Positions 1 to 11,470 of a DNA stretch of 44,308 bases are shown here, piece after piece; the stretch's first letter is position 1, and every line of letters starts with the position of its first letter. The stretch spans positions 1 through 44,308 of the forward strand of contig JAUCBJ010005883.1 in the NCBI GenBank assembly GCA_032718475.1, written 5' to 3'. Origin of the DNA: Nemertoderma westbladi (taxonomy: Eukaryota; Animalia; Xenacoelomorpha). The notes beneath the pieces were generated by a model. It was not told the DNA's origin. It did not search any database and saw only the letters and a list, made by a program, of their open reading frames with translations. The position numbers were made by a program, and so were the translations under genes.

Positions 1-316
1 TACTCATCCAAACAGGATGATTTATAGCTCATTAGAGAGCTGAAATGTTGGCCAATCACATGCAATATCTAACTCAAAAACCTCATTTTCACCTTAAGGT
101 ACCTTTTCGCTTTCACAGCCACATTTTACTATACGGAGATTGAAATAAGATATCGAAGAATCATTTAACAGAATTTAACATTAGTCATATTTAATTTTTG
201 TTTGTTTATTTTACATTCACCGTAATCGAACCCTTGAATCTCCAAATCTGATCCAACTACATCAGCCTCATTTGTACCAACTTCTATAATATGAAATACC
301 GGTACACATATTATTT

Positions 317-529
317 GGGTAGGTGTAAAAGGCGGATCCGGATTCCAAAATTATCAATTAAGGGAAAGGAGCAGGTTACAGTGGCACGTTATTTTAACCA
401 AAACAATAAACTAAAGTCAATAGAACAGGTTATAGTTTTATTTTTGGGAGTTATAAAAATGTAAAAAAAATCGACTTCCGTAGGGACAATGTTAAATGTA
501 GAATCCGGATCCGCGTTTTACTCTGACCC
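317..529. mobile_element. MULE-like MITE (213 bp)
   Basis: ~30-bp imperfect TIRs (GGGTAGGTGTAAAAGGCGGATCCGGATTC / GAATCCGGATCCGCGTTTTACTCTGACCC) flanked by a perfect 9-bp TSD ATATTATTT (308-316, 530-538). A 9-bp TSD with G-start termini is typical of Mutator-like elements. Confidence 0.8.
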
Positions 530-959
530 ATATTATTTGTGGTATCGGAGTTGATTCTAAGTAGACGGACATAGACTGCGTTTCAATCTAAGTCTGATTT
601 TTGTTTCACTAAACAGAGTTCACTCTGTTCAGTTTAGTACGAATTAGATTCATTGAGGCTGAGGCGGTGACGGTGGGTGGGGCAATGGTGTGAATTTAGC
701 CCCAAAATACAAATAAGTAGAATTAAAGTGTAACATTGATTGTGGACTATATTGAAATTAAATTATTAAAAAATTATTCTTTGATTCATATTTTTAACTT
801 ATTCATATTTCTTCTCAACCTGTTTTGTGGAATCACAATGGTGGATTGCATGAAAAAATTCGAGTATCTCTTTCTCAGTTTTCAAGGAAACTTTTGAAAA
901 ATAATGGCTGGTGTTAATTAGATTTTTAGGTATATTTACCAGTCGGTCATACTGTAGTA

Positions 960-1210
960 GAAGGACCAAGTGGCAAGTGCGACTAATTAGTTCAATATTT
1001 CGATATATTATAGGTGCCGGATTTACCGTTTGAAAAACTAAAGTAGAAAACAAGTAATACAGCAGTATTTCATGGCCTACTTCTCACTTTCTCAATTCAT
1101 TCACGACATTGGGAAAATTATTTTGGTTTCCTAAACAAAATTCAATTTTTCTAAATTTTTTCTAACCGTTTAGAAACTTTTCACAGTGAACATTTTGAAA
1201 AAAAATCCTG
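960..1210 (-). repeat. Dispersed repeat fragment (CAGG-terminated, probable DNA transposon end); second copy at ~35958-36220 in opposite orientation
   Basis: The reverse complement of 1110-1210 (CAGGATTTTTTTTCAAAATGTTCACTGTGAAAAGTTTCTAAACGGTTAG...) aligns by eye with 35958-36060 (CAGGGGTTTTTTTTTCAAAACGTTCGCCGCGAAAAGTTTCTAAATTGTTAG...). Confidence 0.65.
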
Positions 1211-1360
1211 GGGGGGGGGGGGGGTGTCACTGAATTACGACACCATTATACAATACAGTATACCAGGACATGGTGTTTAAGTATGGAAATACAAAATATA
1301 TACGTATACTTCCCCATACTTATTAAGGAGCGATTTATTGTTTAAATTAAATCAACTTAC

Positions 1361-2100
1361 CGTATATTGACTTGTTTGTAAATTAAATCCAAATTGTTTG
1401 CCAGAATCATAATATCTTTTGTAATTGAATCAACATCCGAATTATATTGCCGAAACATAAAGTAGTCAACAAAAATACAGAGTTCTATAAATTTATCGAA
1501 CGTTTTCGTGATTGACCTAGATAGTCTTGGTGCTTCGTAATCAAATACCCGAGAAAAGGATAGGTGACTCTGGCAATCTTTACAATAATAACATCCATGC
1601 ATTATTACATCCGCATCTGGAGTATCTGAATCTCTAACAAAATGTCCGCCAACATCATCAGTGTCAACAATCACTGTATTCTGATTGGACAACGTTATGA
1701 TCCCCTTGATAACGCCACCGCAGAGAGCCACAGCTGATAGATAGGTCTCGTTGCCTTGGAGATGACCCTGATAATGGCAGTTCTGTCTGTGTATTGGAAG
1801 TTTTCTCGGAACTGTGGCGTGTCGTCTGGTGTGAAACAACGTAGTCTTTGAGAACAAGTTATTGTGTGTTTTATATAGCATCAGAGGGTAATTGTTGGAT
1901 TCGTAAGAAATATTCATTGTTAATAAGTCCGGAAATTCGGTTTTATTATCAAGTTGAAAATCAGGAGGGAATGTTATTGAAACCGAACGGCGCAATCTCT
2001 TGTCTGCTCGCTGGTTTATCGACGAACTGTTTATAAATAACGCCAGAAATATAACGAGTGAGTTACGGAATAACCAGTTAGAAACAATAAGATCCATCAT
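1361..2100 (-). CDS. ADAM/reprolysin (peptidase M12B) family zinc metalloprotease, first coding exon (signal peptide, prodomain, start of catalytic domain); gene incomplete in window
   Basis: Hydrophobic N-terminus, prodomain motifs NCHYQGHLQG and SAVALCGG.IKGII, furin-like RLSR before KFIELCIFVDYFMF...ILANNLDLIYKQVNIR (start of reprolysin domain). The ORF ends at a canonical donor CG|GTAAGT at 1361/1360. The HExxH exon was not seen. Confidence 0.88.
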
Positions 2101-2820
2101 TTACAATAATTATTATAATCAGTCATAGTAGCAGTAAGCCTACTTTGCATAACAAATTAAGTAATTGACGTTGGTGTAACTAATCAAAACGGTAATTGAC
2201 TTTAAAAATATGTGAATAACATTTTTGTCGTAGATATATACTAAAAAAAATGTAAGGTGACTAAAAATCATAATGATAAAATTGAGTATGTATATTCATT
2301 CACTCAACATTATTGAAGGATGGATAACTCGAATATAAATATAAACACTTCCAAATTAAATATAACTATAAATATGCTTGCATACTCCCCTTTAAAATAT
2401 GTGACTTTATTGACAAATTATTTATTTATATATATATTATATTACTTAAAATGAATAATAAATAAGGTATTAATAATGGTAATAATAAATAAGATAATAA
2501 ATTAAAAAACGTTCTAGAACATTGATATATATAAATTTTTACAAAAGTTCAAGAAAAAATATTTTTGTTCGAGAACATCTAAAAGAAAAGATAATTAATC
2601 AATTTTTAGATTTTTCATGCCAGATTGTATACGTAAGATTTTCAATTAGAGGGCCTACTTCGGCTATTACAATCCTCCACTTAGCCTACCATATTAACAA
2701 ATTAAACATTATATTCTCTGGAACAAAACATTTGTAATATAATATTCAAAAATGAATGCCTACAATATATGGTAGGAGGTACTATCTTACTAATATAAAC
2801 AATTTGGAAGACATATTTTG

Positions 2821-2990
2821 CCCAAATTATTCTACAAATCTTTATCATATTGCTTGAAATTTGAAACACAACTAGTTCAACTCACCGTGGTTGTTAACAT
2901 GAAGCCGGAATTTTCTATTTCGCCTTAACATTTTTTTTATAAGCGTTTTAAAAAAGTGTCTTTTGCGAAATTGCACATCTCCTATCATCG
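2821..2990 (+). repeat. Dispersed repeat family member (copies/relatives at ~4850-5000, ~6233-6410 inverted, ~38405-38525 inverted)
   Basis: CCCAAATT.TTCTACAAATCTTTATCATATTGCTTGAAATTTGAAACACAACTAGTTC.ACTCACCGTGGTTGTTA.CATGAAGC.GGAATTTTC is nearly identical to the reverse complement of 38420-38522. Related blocks lie at 4850-5000 and 6233-6410. Confidence 0.75.
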
Positions 2991-3288
2991 CCATTCTTCA
3001 CATTAGTGGTAATTTTTTCATATCATTAGAAAGCTTGCGTTGCAAGGATTCCAAATATGTAACAATATCTGACTTTCGCTGAGAAACAACTGAGATATAG
3101 GCGTTCAAAGATTGCAAGAAGTATCATTCGCTGTTGAAGTGTAGGCTGCCATTTATTATATTTAATAAATACTTTTTTTTTAATTCTAGAACGTGTTTGA
3201 AATAGATTTCCTCTTGGGTATAATTTATATTTTATGCTTTCATGGATTCCAAATATGTAACATAATCTGAATTTCGTGATAAAATAGC

Positions 3289-3937
3289 GGCTACGATTTA
3301 CTCATACATAAAAATATGCACCAAATAATATCAGAAAACACTGACATTTTTCACCAAATTATATGTTTTTTCACCAATATATTTGTTATGCACCAAATAA
3401 GATATTATTTTCACCAAATAATATCACTTTGTCACCAATTAATATCACTTGGATACCACCAAATTGTATACCGCATATCACAGACTATGTAAACAGAAAG
3501 TCGTCTGAAAATTTAAGTGATACGTTTTGGGGTAGAAGTGAGCTATTTTGGTGGAAAGTGAGCCATTTTGGTGGAAAGTGAGCCGTTTTGGTGGAAAGTG
3601 ACTTTTTTTAACTAATCAATTTTGTGCAAAAATAAATTTTAAGTGATACGTTTTGGTGTAGAAGTGAGGTATTTTGGTGGAAAGTGAGCCGTTTTGGTAG
3701 AAAATGAGCCGTTTTGGTGGAAAGTGAGCCGTTTTGGTGGAAAGTGAGCCGTTTTGGTGGAAAGTGATTTTTTTAACTAATCGATTTGGTGCAAAAAGAA
3801 AATTTAAGTGATATGTTTTGGTGTAGAAGTGAGCTATTTTGGTGGAAAGTGAGCCGTTTTGGCAGAAAAGTAATTTTTTTTAACTAATCGATTTGGTGCA
3901 AAAAGCTATCTAAATTGGTGGAAAATTATTTGTTGCG
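3289..3937. mobile_element. Foldback/MULE-like non-autonomous element with inverted internal tandem arrays
   Basis: 9-bp direct repeat TAAAATAGC at 3280-3288 and 3938-3946. The left part has repeated TTTCACCAAAT; the right part has 20-bp GTGAGCCGTTTTGGTGGAAA units in ~125-145-bp higher-order repeats. Excising it restores a sequence matching the nearby block at 3046-3120. Confidence 0.7.
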
Positions 3938-4849
3938 TAAAATAGCTGGGATTTGGGCGTTTCAAAGTTGCATGATATATTCCAATCCTGGAAATATTCC
4001 CCGTGCGAAAGTGATTTTAAGTACAATGAACACTGTAGCGGTTATGCAACTGTACAATACGCACACACCAACGCCACAAATTGTTAAGAAATTGATAAAT
4101 GACTACAAAATAAATGAATGCCAACAATCGACTAGCCCAGTACATTTATTCAGTATTTACTCTGTATACACAATACTGGACACTTCCGGTAATGTTTTGC
4201 TATACAGTACAATAGAGCCAGGTGCGACTAATTAATTTATTTAACTAACCAATGCCAAATGGCCGAGCAGCAAAACATTCTCATAAATATAGCCAAAGTG
4301 AGGCCAATTACTACAACAGTTAGTAGAGGAGAGGGTATATCAATCATAATAGTTGAAGTTTTACTAAGTTTAAGCTGCTCGCGTTTTTTTTTCCTGCTTG
4401 TTCACTGTGAAAAAGTTTTGATATTATCTACAACTGAGGATAGCTACCAACGGGTCGCATCCATTCGTATGTAATTTCAAACACAACCTTAAAAATTGGG
4501 ATAACTTTTTTTAGAAATGCCTGTAAAATTGTTACACTACCGTTTTTCACAGGATTATTTTTTGACAGAAAATGGCATAATAAAAAAAGCTAAAGAATAT
4601 ATCACGTATATACATGCAGTATTCAAATCATTATATTAAGTTGGACATTCCACTTTATTACAAACTTGTTTCAGATGGGGCAGAATATTATAGATTATTA
4701 TCTAACAAAATAAATCCTATGAAATCATTTATGGATTTGGAAGATAAAAACCATCCTCGATATGTCCCACGTGATACTCAGTACAGATATTAGTGCGGAT
4801 AACAGATATTTGGTATCCATATACACCATGCACGAAACGCCCCCCACCC

Positions 4850-6410
4850 CCAAATTTTTGTTACAAATCTTAATGAGATTGCATGAAATTTGAAACAGAG
4901 ATAGGTTCATCTTCCCCCCTCCTGAATGGGAGAGCCGGAATTTTTATTTTTGCTTTCATTCTTTTGCTATAAGCGTTTAAAAAAGTGTCTCCGTCGATTA
5001 ATGCATGTACCTGTACATGTCGTACTGCTGTTATTCTCGTTGGTGCCAATAGAAAACTGGCCGTGCCTTGCAAGTATCAAATTTCAAATTTGGTTGGGAA
5101 ATAGTGAAACATGGGCATTCGAAAGTTGCATGTATTTGCTTCCCCTGCAGGCCATTTATTCTATTTAATAAATACACAATGTTCTAGAACATTTTGCTAA
5201 TGTATGAATAATACTAGACTTTTATTATCTACTGTAGGCATTGCATTGTTGCCCAGCCATTTAAGGTGACAATTACCCCCAACGGAAGTAAAATTTTCGA
5301 AAATTGACAAAATTATCTGTTTTTTGTACTTTGATAGAAGGGCTTTCGTGTGGTAACATTGGTTTTCACCGTCGAATGAATCTTTCACCACGAAACAGCA
5401 CTTTTCAAAATTTCACTATTTCATCGATAAAATTTTAAAAATGAAAAAAATGACACACAGAAATATCATAATATTTGTGTAAACTGTTATGGCTCATATT
5501 CATGACTCTGTATAAAACACCTTTTTCTCAGTGTATCGATTTTGACTTTCTTCATCACTAATCTTACTATTAGTAAGTAATATAGTAGTATAATCTTACT
5601 AATCTTAATATCCTACTTTTTCATTTTTACTCAATTGTCATCACACATATACCAAAATGTTCAGCAGCTAGATAATCGTGAGTATTGGTTTTGTAAAGCA
5701 TGGCCATTTGAATCTTGTCTATCACAAAATATTAGATTCACAAAAATATAGTCCAAATATAATAAAGCCATAACATAAATTTTTCAAAAGTAATGATTTT
5801 GACATTGTGCCGATATTTTCATAGAAGATTGCCTACAAACATATCTAGGTCCACAATGTCTTGGACCGAGAATTTCAGCCCAGGGGGTATTACTGTTCCT
5901 TAAACATGGCATATTTTACATAAAAGCCTCATCATTTATACTACATTTGAAAAAAACCGACCAGCACAAAAAGTGCCATATTTTTCGAACAAAACGGGTT
6001 TACGAAGCTATCCGTACTCATTTTTCATAGCAAAAGATCACAGATCTTTGTGTTAAGTTTCAGAATAGTAGGTTTATAAATAAAAAAAATAGATTTGGGG
6101 AAATGGTCCCCTCAAGAAATAAACAAATGTTCTAGACATTCTATTAAGTCTTGATATTCTATTACTGACACTTACTGTCATTAACATATCACTATAAGGT
6201 TGAAGAATAACTGCAGTACGATTGGTGCAATATCGACGGAGACACTTTTTTTAAACGCTTATAGCTAAATAATAAAAACATAAATAAAATAGCTGCAATA
6301 TGCAATATGCTGAAATAAAGAAGATTATTAAGATTATTATAAAATGATCAGTAATGTTTCAAATTTCATGCAATCTCATTACGATTTATAAAAAAAATTT
6401 GGGCGGGGGC
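4850..6410. repeat. Pair of ~150-bp inverted repeat arms (4850-5000 / 6233-6410), possible long-TIR element
   Basis: TATAAGCGTTTAAAAAAAGTGTCTCCGTCGAT at ~4968-4999 vs ATCGACGGAGACACTTTTTTTAAACGCTTATA at ~6232-6263. AATGAGATTGCATGAAATTTGAAACA vs TGTTTCAAATTTCATGCAATCTCATT. No TSD identified. Confidence 0.55.
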
Positions 6411-6970
6411 GTGCGTGCCACTAAATTACGACAGTATATTCCAGGACTAAGATAGTAAATGCCGTGTGTAACAGCAATAAGAAAAAGTACATTGATCACC
6501 TGAAAACGATTTTTCATATTAAATATATCAGCTATACTTTTCGACAAAAAAAACCCAATTGTGTTTCTGATTCTGAAACATTTTAAGTGCATATTTTCCC
6601 TTTGAGGCGGTTCATAAAACCACCAAATTTAATCTGAAAATTGCTGTTGCATTTTCATTTACGAATAAAATTTCCACTTTTTTTATTCTAATTTCCATAA
6701 TATTTTAAGTTTCCCATTTACATGGAAAAATAGCGGTCTAACAAAGTACAAGAAAATGTGTCCCCTGGTGAAACATTGACAATTTGATAATCACATTTTT
6801 TGTACAGATCAGATCAGAACCGTTAAAACAAATCACATATAATTTAACAATACAACAGAAAATTATAAGTCCGATCCCGCAATAAACATATTGTAGCTTA
6901 TCCTATATACTAAACTACGAGTATTTAATGAAATAAAAGACCTGCTAATAATATAATAAACCTCCAAGTT

Positions 6971-9900
6971 TTATCTAGTGAACGAACGTTGATTCCAGCG
7001 ATCATCTCGGCCCCTGTTGCCAAGGTTACCCCGGAAATTAATAACGCCACGAGGCGACCCGAATCGATCCGGCCGCCGCATATAGAACGAGGGCGGGGCC
7101 GGCAAGTAGATGGGTGCGCCGGTCCGGCTGTCCATGGGCGGGGGGAGCGGTCTTCTGAACCCCCCGAACGCCCCCCCACGGTTGAACGGGAGCCGCATCT
7201 GCGGCCGCATGGGGGCGTACGCCGCGAGTCCGCGCGGACCGGAAACGAACCCGCCGGGACGGATCCCCCGACCCCGACCCATCCCGTGGAATGGCGGTCG
7301 TCCTGGCGACGAGAAACTACTGTCCCGCATTGGGGAAGACTCATCCCCTCTCCTTATCATTTTATCCCGGTTCTGTATTTCTCCGCTGGAGGCGTCCTTC
7401 CCGGCAACCTCGGAAGGTTCCTTATCGTCCGCTTCCTCTTCCAACATAAGGAAGTCGTCGACATGCATACTGGGAGCCCGAGATGTGTTCATTTTTCGCT
7501 GCCGGAAGAAATCGTTGGGTCTCGCTGAACCCACGATCGTCCCTCTGCCTAGAGACCCCCGAGTCATCCCTCGCGCATACAGATTCGGTCGCATTATTAT
7601 GTTACCGCGCTTGAGATTTCCCGCGGTGATTAACGATTCTCCTTTAGCCATGGCGGCCCCGGCGGGCGGGACCCGGATACTACGACGAGACGGCGACGTG
7701 TCGTATCGGGTGAGTTTCACCGATTTCGTCACATCGCACTCCAAATCGAAGCCGTCGAGACTTTGCTCCGCAAATTCGATCAAGTCCAGCAGTTCCTGAT
7801 TGTCGTCGGACGGCTCCTCGTGTTCATAGAATATCCGGGGCCAATACAACTCGGGGACTTCGTCGGTGCAGAATTCTACAACAGTTCGGGACGCAAACTG
7901 ATCGACTAGGGAGCGAACTTCCAGGAGAGTTTCCGGAGTGTTCTCAGAAGCCGAATCGACCACAGTGTTGCTGACAAATTGTACAATTACAGCGATACTA
8001 TCCTTTATATTATCTAATACCTCAGTTGCATCTCCTTCCTTATAAAGACCAATAGCAGTTGATTCAATTCTTTCCAGAAGTTTAGGAATGTCTTCCTTCT
8101 GGAATAATGAATCTAGGATCTTCTTGGAAACCGCCTCATTCCGTCTCATGTATTCGTCATCGTCACTGGAGGAGCAGCCGATTAGAACCTGAATGAAGGT
8201 CAGACAATCTGGGAACGCGGCCACAAATTCTTTGGAGTCGATTTTATTAAGACGTTTACAGACAGTAATCAGAGAGTCGTTGTCGGAAACGGTTTCATTT
8301 AGTTTAGTAAATCCAAAGTTTGTGCCGCATAGAGTCGTTAGAAGGTGTAATCCAGTGGAGTAGGTTGACCATGGTTGATTAGAATCCAAAATGTGGTCGA
8401 CAACCCCTTTAATGATAACGGTTAGCCACTCGGCTGCTGGGAGGTTGTCTACAACGTATTGCGGCGGTACACCATCGGTTGTAAAGGTAGTCGGCTGTAA
8501 CGAAGTTCCGATATCGCATAGATGTTGCAGCACATTGAGAACAATCTCCTGGAGTTTCTCTAGCCCTGGTCGTTGAATTTTTAACAAGTCTAACAAAGAG
8601 TTGTTGAGTAGACGCTCATATTTCTCATCTACTTTGGTGGTTGAGGTCGCCCGGTTCAGCGACAATATGGCTGCCTTGATGGCGGGCTGAGTGGAAACTT
8701 CCTCGAAAAATTCCAAAACGCGACAGATGGAAGAGGAGAATCCTAGAGCGACAGACTGTTTATCCTCATCAAGGATCTCATCGCCAACGACGTCTAACAC
8801 AACCCTGGCTATGAACGTCGATGATGCCGCCGACAAGTCGGCGATCTGCGATACGAGACGACGTAAGTTCTGTTGAACTTCCGCACAACTAGAGGAACAC
8901 AAAGTCGCGACAACGCTAGAAATCTCAGGAGTCAAACCGAGAACGTGAGCGCTCCAGAGCTTTCTTCGGTTCGCTAGAAGATCCAACTCATCCCCGGTTA
9001 ACTCGAGTCTCGTATGCATCGGAAGAGTGACTGGCAACAGATCGGAGAAGAGTATCAAACCGGATATAAATGCCGGGGGGCTGGTCACAATGTATTCTAC
9101 AACAATCTTAAGCATGAGCAACCAGGGACTGCTACTGATATCCGGTTGGGTCTTAACTGATATCCTCTTTGTGTAGGAAAGCAACAACTCGCGAATTAGA
9201 TAGAGAAGCGGCGAGTATCTGGAACTTGGAGAAGAACTTACATCGCCGAAACCTGGAGAATAGATATGTTGGGGAAACGGGACGCAGAACAGTGTGTGTA
9301 AGAGCACTAACTGATGCACAAGTCTAGTGTCCTTAAAATCAACTCTAATGTCCGACTCTAACAATTCCTTCATCATGTGTCTTAATATATCCAACGCGAG
9401 CCAAACTAGATAACTCGACAGCAGGGCGACGTATGAGGAAGGCCGAACTCCGGCATTCCAATCGGTTACCCAGAAACTCGTCGATTTACTGAGAACCAAC
9501 AGGAATGTATCCATTGCGCTACTGGAAAATAGATGTAGATTTGTGATGCGCCAGGATATTTCTCCTTGTTTATCACCTTGTAGCTCCTCTGATATCGGCA
9601 TCAGTAAGTGGTGGATAGCACGGAAAACGGTGATAAAACTCGGGGCTAAGTTGACAAAATGACCATCGAGGTCATCGAGGTTCGTCTTAAGATACCCAAC
9701 CAAACTCGGCACCGAATTGGGGTTTAACATTAGCTGGCTGTCGTGGATGCCCACCAACCACTTGGCGATGTTCCTCAATTTACCCCGATTGCGTCCGCGG
9801 ACACATATGCGTTTGATGCGTTCGACTCTTGTTGCTAGGTTACCGATATCGTGATTATGCTCGACAACTGTTAGAAGGATGGACACAGCATAGTGCCATG

Positions 9901-11470
9901 CGAGCGGCTTAGATAACTCAATTGTTTGGTCAACTACGGGTTCAACGCAGGTATCTAATTGATCATCAGCTACTTTGCTTTCAGATTCATCATTCTTTAC
10001 ATCCAACTTATCCTGAAATTCGCCATCTTTACTATTATTTTCAGAAACAGAACTATTATCAGTAACACCATCAACTTTACAATTCACATTATTATCATTT
10101 GTTGCACTCGTTGTAGTTTTGATCTGAGAATCATTTGCTTCATTTTCAACAGGTTCCTCTGCCGTCGATTTAATTTGCTCTGATTTATCATCTGCAGCGC
10201 TCTTTGATTTGGAAGTGTGTAATGCGGCAGATACCTGTTCATCTTTGATGGTGACAAAATCCAGTCCTTTCTCTAACAGTGTCAGTATTGGAAGTATGTT
10301 ATCCCCTTGACTAACGATGGTTGCGACGAGTTGACGACCAAACGGGTCGAAACTGATAGTGTTCAACGTCTGCAAAGGACCTAGAATCTCTTCGACATCG
10401 AGATAACTCTTATTCTCTTGGACTTTGGTGAGATTTCGAGAAGTTTCTTCGTTAAGATTATCAATAGCAATACGGCAATAAGTTGTTAATGAGTCCAACA
10501 TCTGGATAATGTGGAGTGAGAAAGACAAACGGACTGCCTGGGTATGTAGTGGAGAATCATCATATGAGGTGATACCAGTAATGGTGTTGATAAGCTGGGA
10601 ACTCAACTCAGAGCGATGGAGCAGGAAACAAAGACCTTCGTGTTTGTCTATGAAACAGCCAATCAGAGACGAGATAAGATCCACCAAACGTGAATTATAC
10701 GGCGTTTCAGGATGCGAAATGATAACTAATAAACATTCCAAAAATCTGTTTGTTAATAGAAAACGGAAGAGTATTGGAAGGGGGTCGTTAACATTACTGG
10801 GTCCTGTAATTCGTAACGTTGTTGGGAAAGCTTTGAGGGACCGCTGTAAGATACTGTGCCCCTTGAGTCTCAGCAAGTCGTTCACATCTTGCAAATAATC
10901 TACAATATCGCTAAACAGCTCATCCACATCGCATGTAAACGGTGATGATGTTGAGTTACAATTAGTACCGGATACCAGTTGTAGCACCAATGTTTGAAAC
11001 TGTTTAGTCGTTTCGAACGCGTGGATTTTGATTAACAAGGCTTTTAATGAGGCCATAACTCGAACTGTATGTTGAAATTTTGTGCAACGAATAATAATTT
11101 GGTAACCAGTTTCAAGACCCGTTCCCGGTTGTATGAATGCAGTCATTCCCTTAATAGTGTTGGTAATGGCGTCGAGGGTTAGTAGACAGTTTAGTTTGAG
11201 AGGGGTACAGATGTTGGGTTGAGTGAATAGATCCAATACAAGTTGATGGGCATTTCTCTCCAAAAGTAAATGTATGGAACCGCATTCAGCGAGCAGCGTC
11301 ATCAAGTGCAGACCCAGATTAACCTGCCGCAGTCTAAATGGTAGAGGTTGTCGTTTAGCGACGTCTCTGTCCAGACACTGCAAGGACCAATCAACAATGG
11401 TTCCCAACAGACCAGATGCCTTCCCTTCGAGATCGAGTTTCGCCACAACAGGCTTTAGTATCCGCAATAC
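6971..11470 (-). CDS. VIRMA: Virilizer/VIRMA (KIAA1429), coding exon 3 (4500 bp, last)
   Basis: LGTIVDWSLQCLDRDVAKRQPLPFRLRQ...LAECG matches the remembered VIRMA helical region; C-terminal signature DFFRQRKMNTSRAPSMHVDDF; RGG-rich tail. Acceptor TTTTGTATTTTATCTCCAAG|GTA in phase 0 with exon 2. Confidence 0.93.
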   Translation of the reverse strand, partial: VLRILKPVVAKLDLEGKASGLLGTIVDWSLQCLDRDVAKRQPLPFRLRQVNLGLHLMTLLAECGSIHLLLERNAHQLVLDLFTQPNICTPLKLNCLLTLDAITNTIKGMTAFIQPGTGLETGYQIIIRCTKFQHTVRVMASLKALLIKIHAFETTKQFQTLVLQLVSGTNCNSTSSPFTCDVDELFSDIVDYLQDVNDLLRLKGHSILQRSLKAFPTTLRITGPSNVNDPLPILFRFLLTNRFLECLLVIISHPETPYNSRLVDLISSLIGCFIDKHEGLCFLLHRSELSSQLINTITGITSYDDSPLHTQAVRLSFSLHIIQMLDSLTTYCRIAIDNLNEETSRNLTKVQENKSYLDVEEILGPLQTLNTISFDPFGRQLVATIVSQGDNILPILTLLEKGLDFVTIKDEQVSAALHTSKSKSAADDKSEQIKSTAEEPVENEANDSQIKTTTSATNDNNVNCKVDGVTDNSSVSENNSKDGEFQDKLDVKNDESESKVADDQLDTCVEPVVDQTIELSKPLAWHYAVSILLTVVEHNHDIGNLATRVERIKRICVRGRNRGKLRNIAKWLVGIHDSQLMLNPNSVPSLVGYLKTNLDDLDGHFVNLAPSFITVFRAIHHLLMPISEELQGDKQGEISWRITNLHLFSSSAMDTFLLVLSKSTSFWVTDWNAGVRPSSYVALLSSYLVWLALDILRHMMKELLESDIRVDFKDTRLVHQLVLLHTLFCVPFPQHIYSPGFGDVSSSPSSRYSPLLYLIRELLLSYTKRISVKTQPDISSSPWLLMLKIVVEYIVTSPPAFISGLILFSDLLPVTLPMHTRLELTGDELDLLANRRKLWSAHVLGLTPEISSVVATLCSSSCAEVQQNLRRLVSQIADLSAASSTFIARVVLDVVGDEILDEDKQSVALGFSSSICRVLEFFEEVSTQPAIKAAILSLNRATSTTKVDEKYERLLNNSLLDLLKIQRPGLEKLQEIVLNVLQHLCDIGTSLQPTTFTTDGVPPQYVVDNLPAAEWLTVIIKGVVDHILDSNQPWSTYSTGLHLLTTLCGTNFGFTKLNETVSDNDSLITVCKRLNKIDSKEFVAAFPDCLTFIQVLIGCSSSDDDEYMRRNEAVSKKILDSLFQKEDIPKLLERIESTAIGLYKEGDATEVLDNIKDSIAVIVQFVSNTVVDSASENTPETLLEVRSLVDQFASRTVVEFCTDEVPELYWPRIFYEHEEPSDDNQELLDLIEFAEQSLDGFDLECDVTKSVKLTRYDTSPSRRSIRVPPAGAAMAKGESLITAGNLKRGNIIMRPNLYARGMTRGSLGRGTIVGSARPNDFFRQRKMNTSRAPSMHVDDFLMLEEEADDKEPSEVAGKDASSGEIQNRDKMIRRGDESSPMRDSSFSSPGRPPFHGMGRGRGIRPGGFVSGPRGLAAYAPMRPQMRLPFNRGGAFGGFRRPLPPPMDSRTGAPIYLPAPPSFYMRRPDRFGSPRGVINFRGNLGNRGRDDRWNQRSFTR

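Noticed and set aside
221-283. Possible second ADAM exon (minus strand, AG...GTGAAT)
   Set aside because: The frame required by the phase-2 donor hits TGA after a few codons, and the open frame lacks reprolysin similarity.
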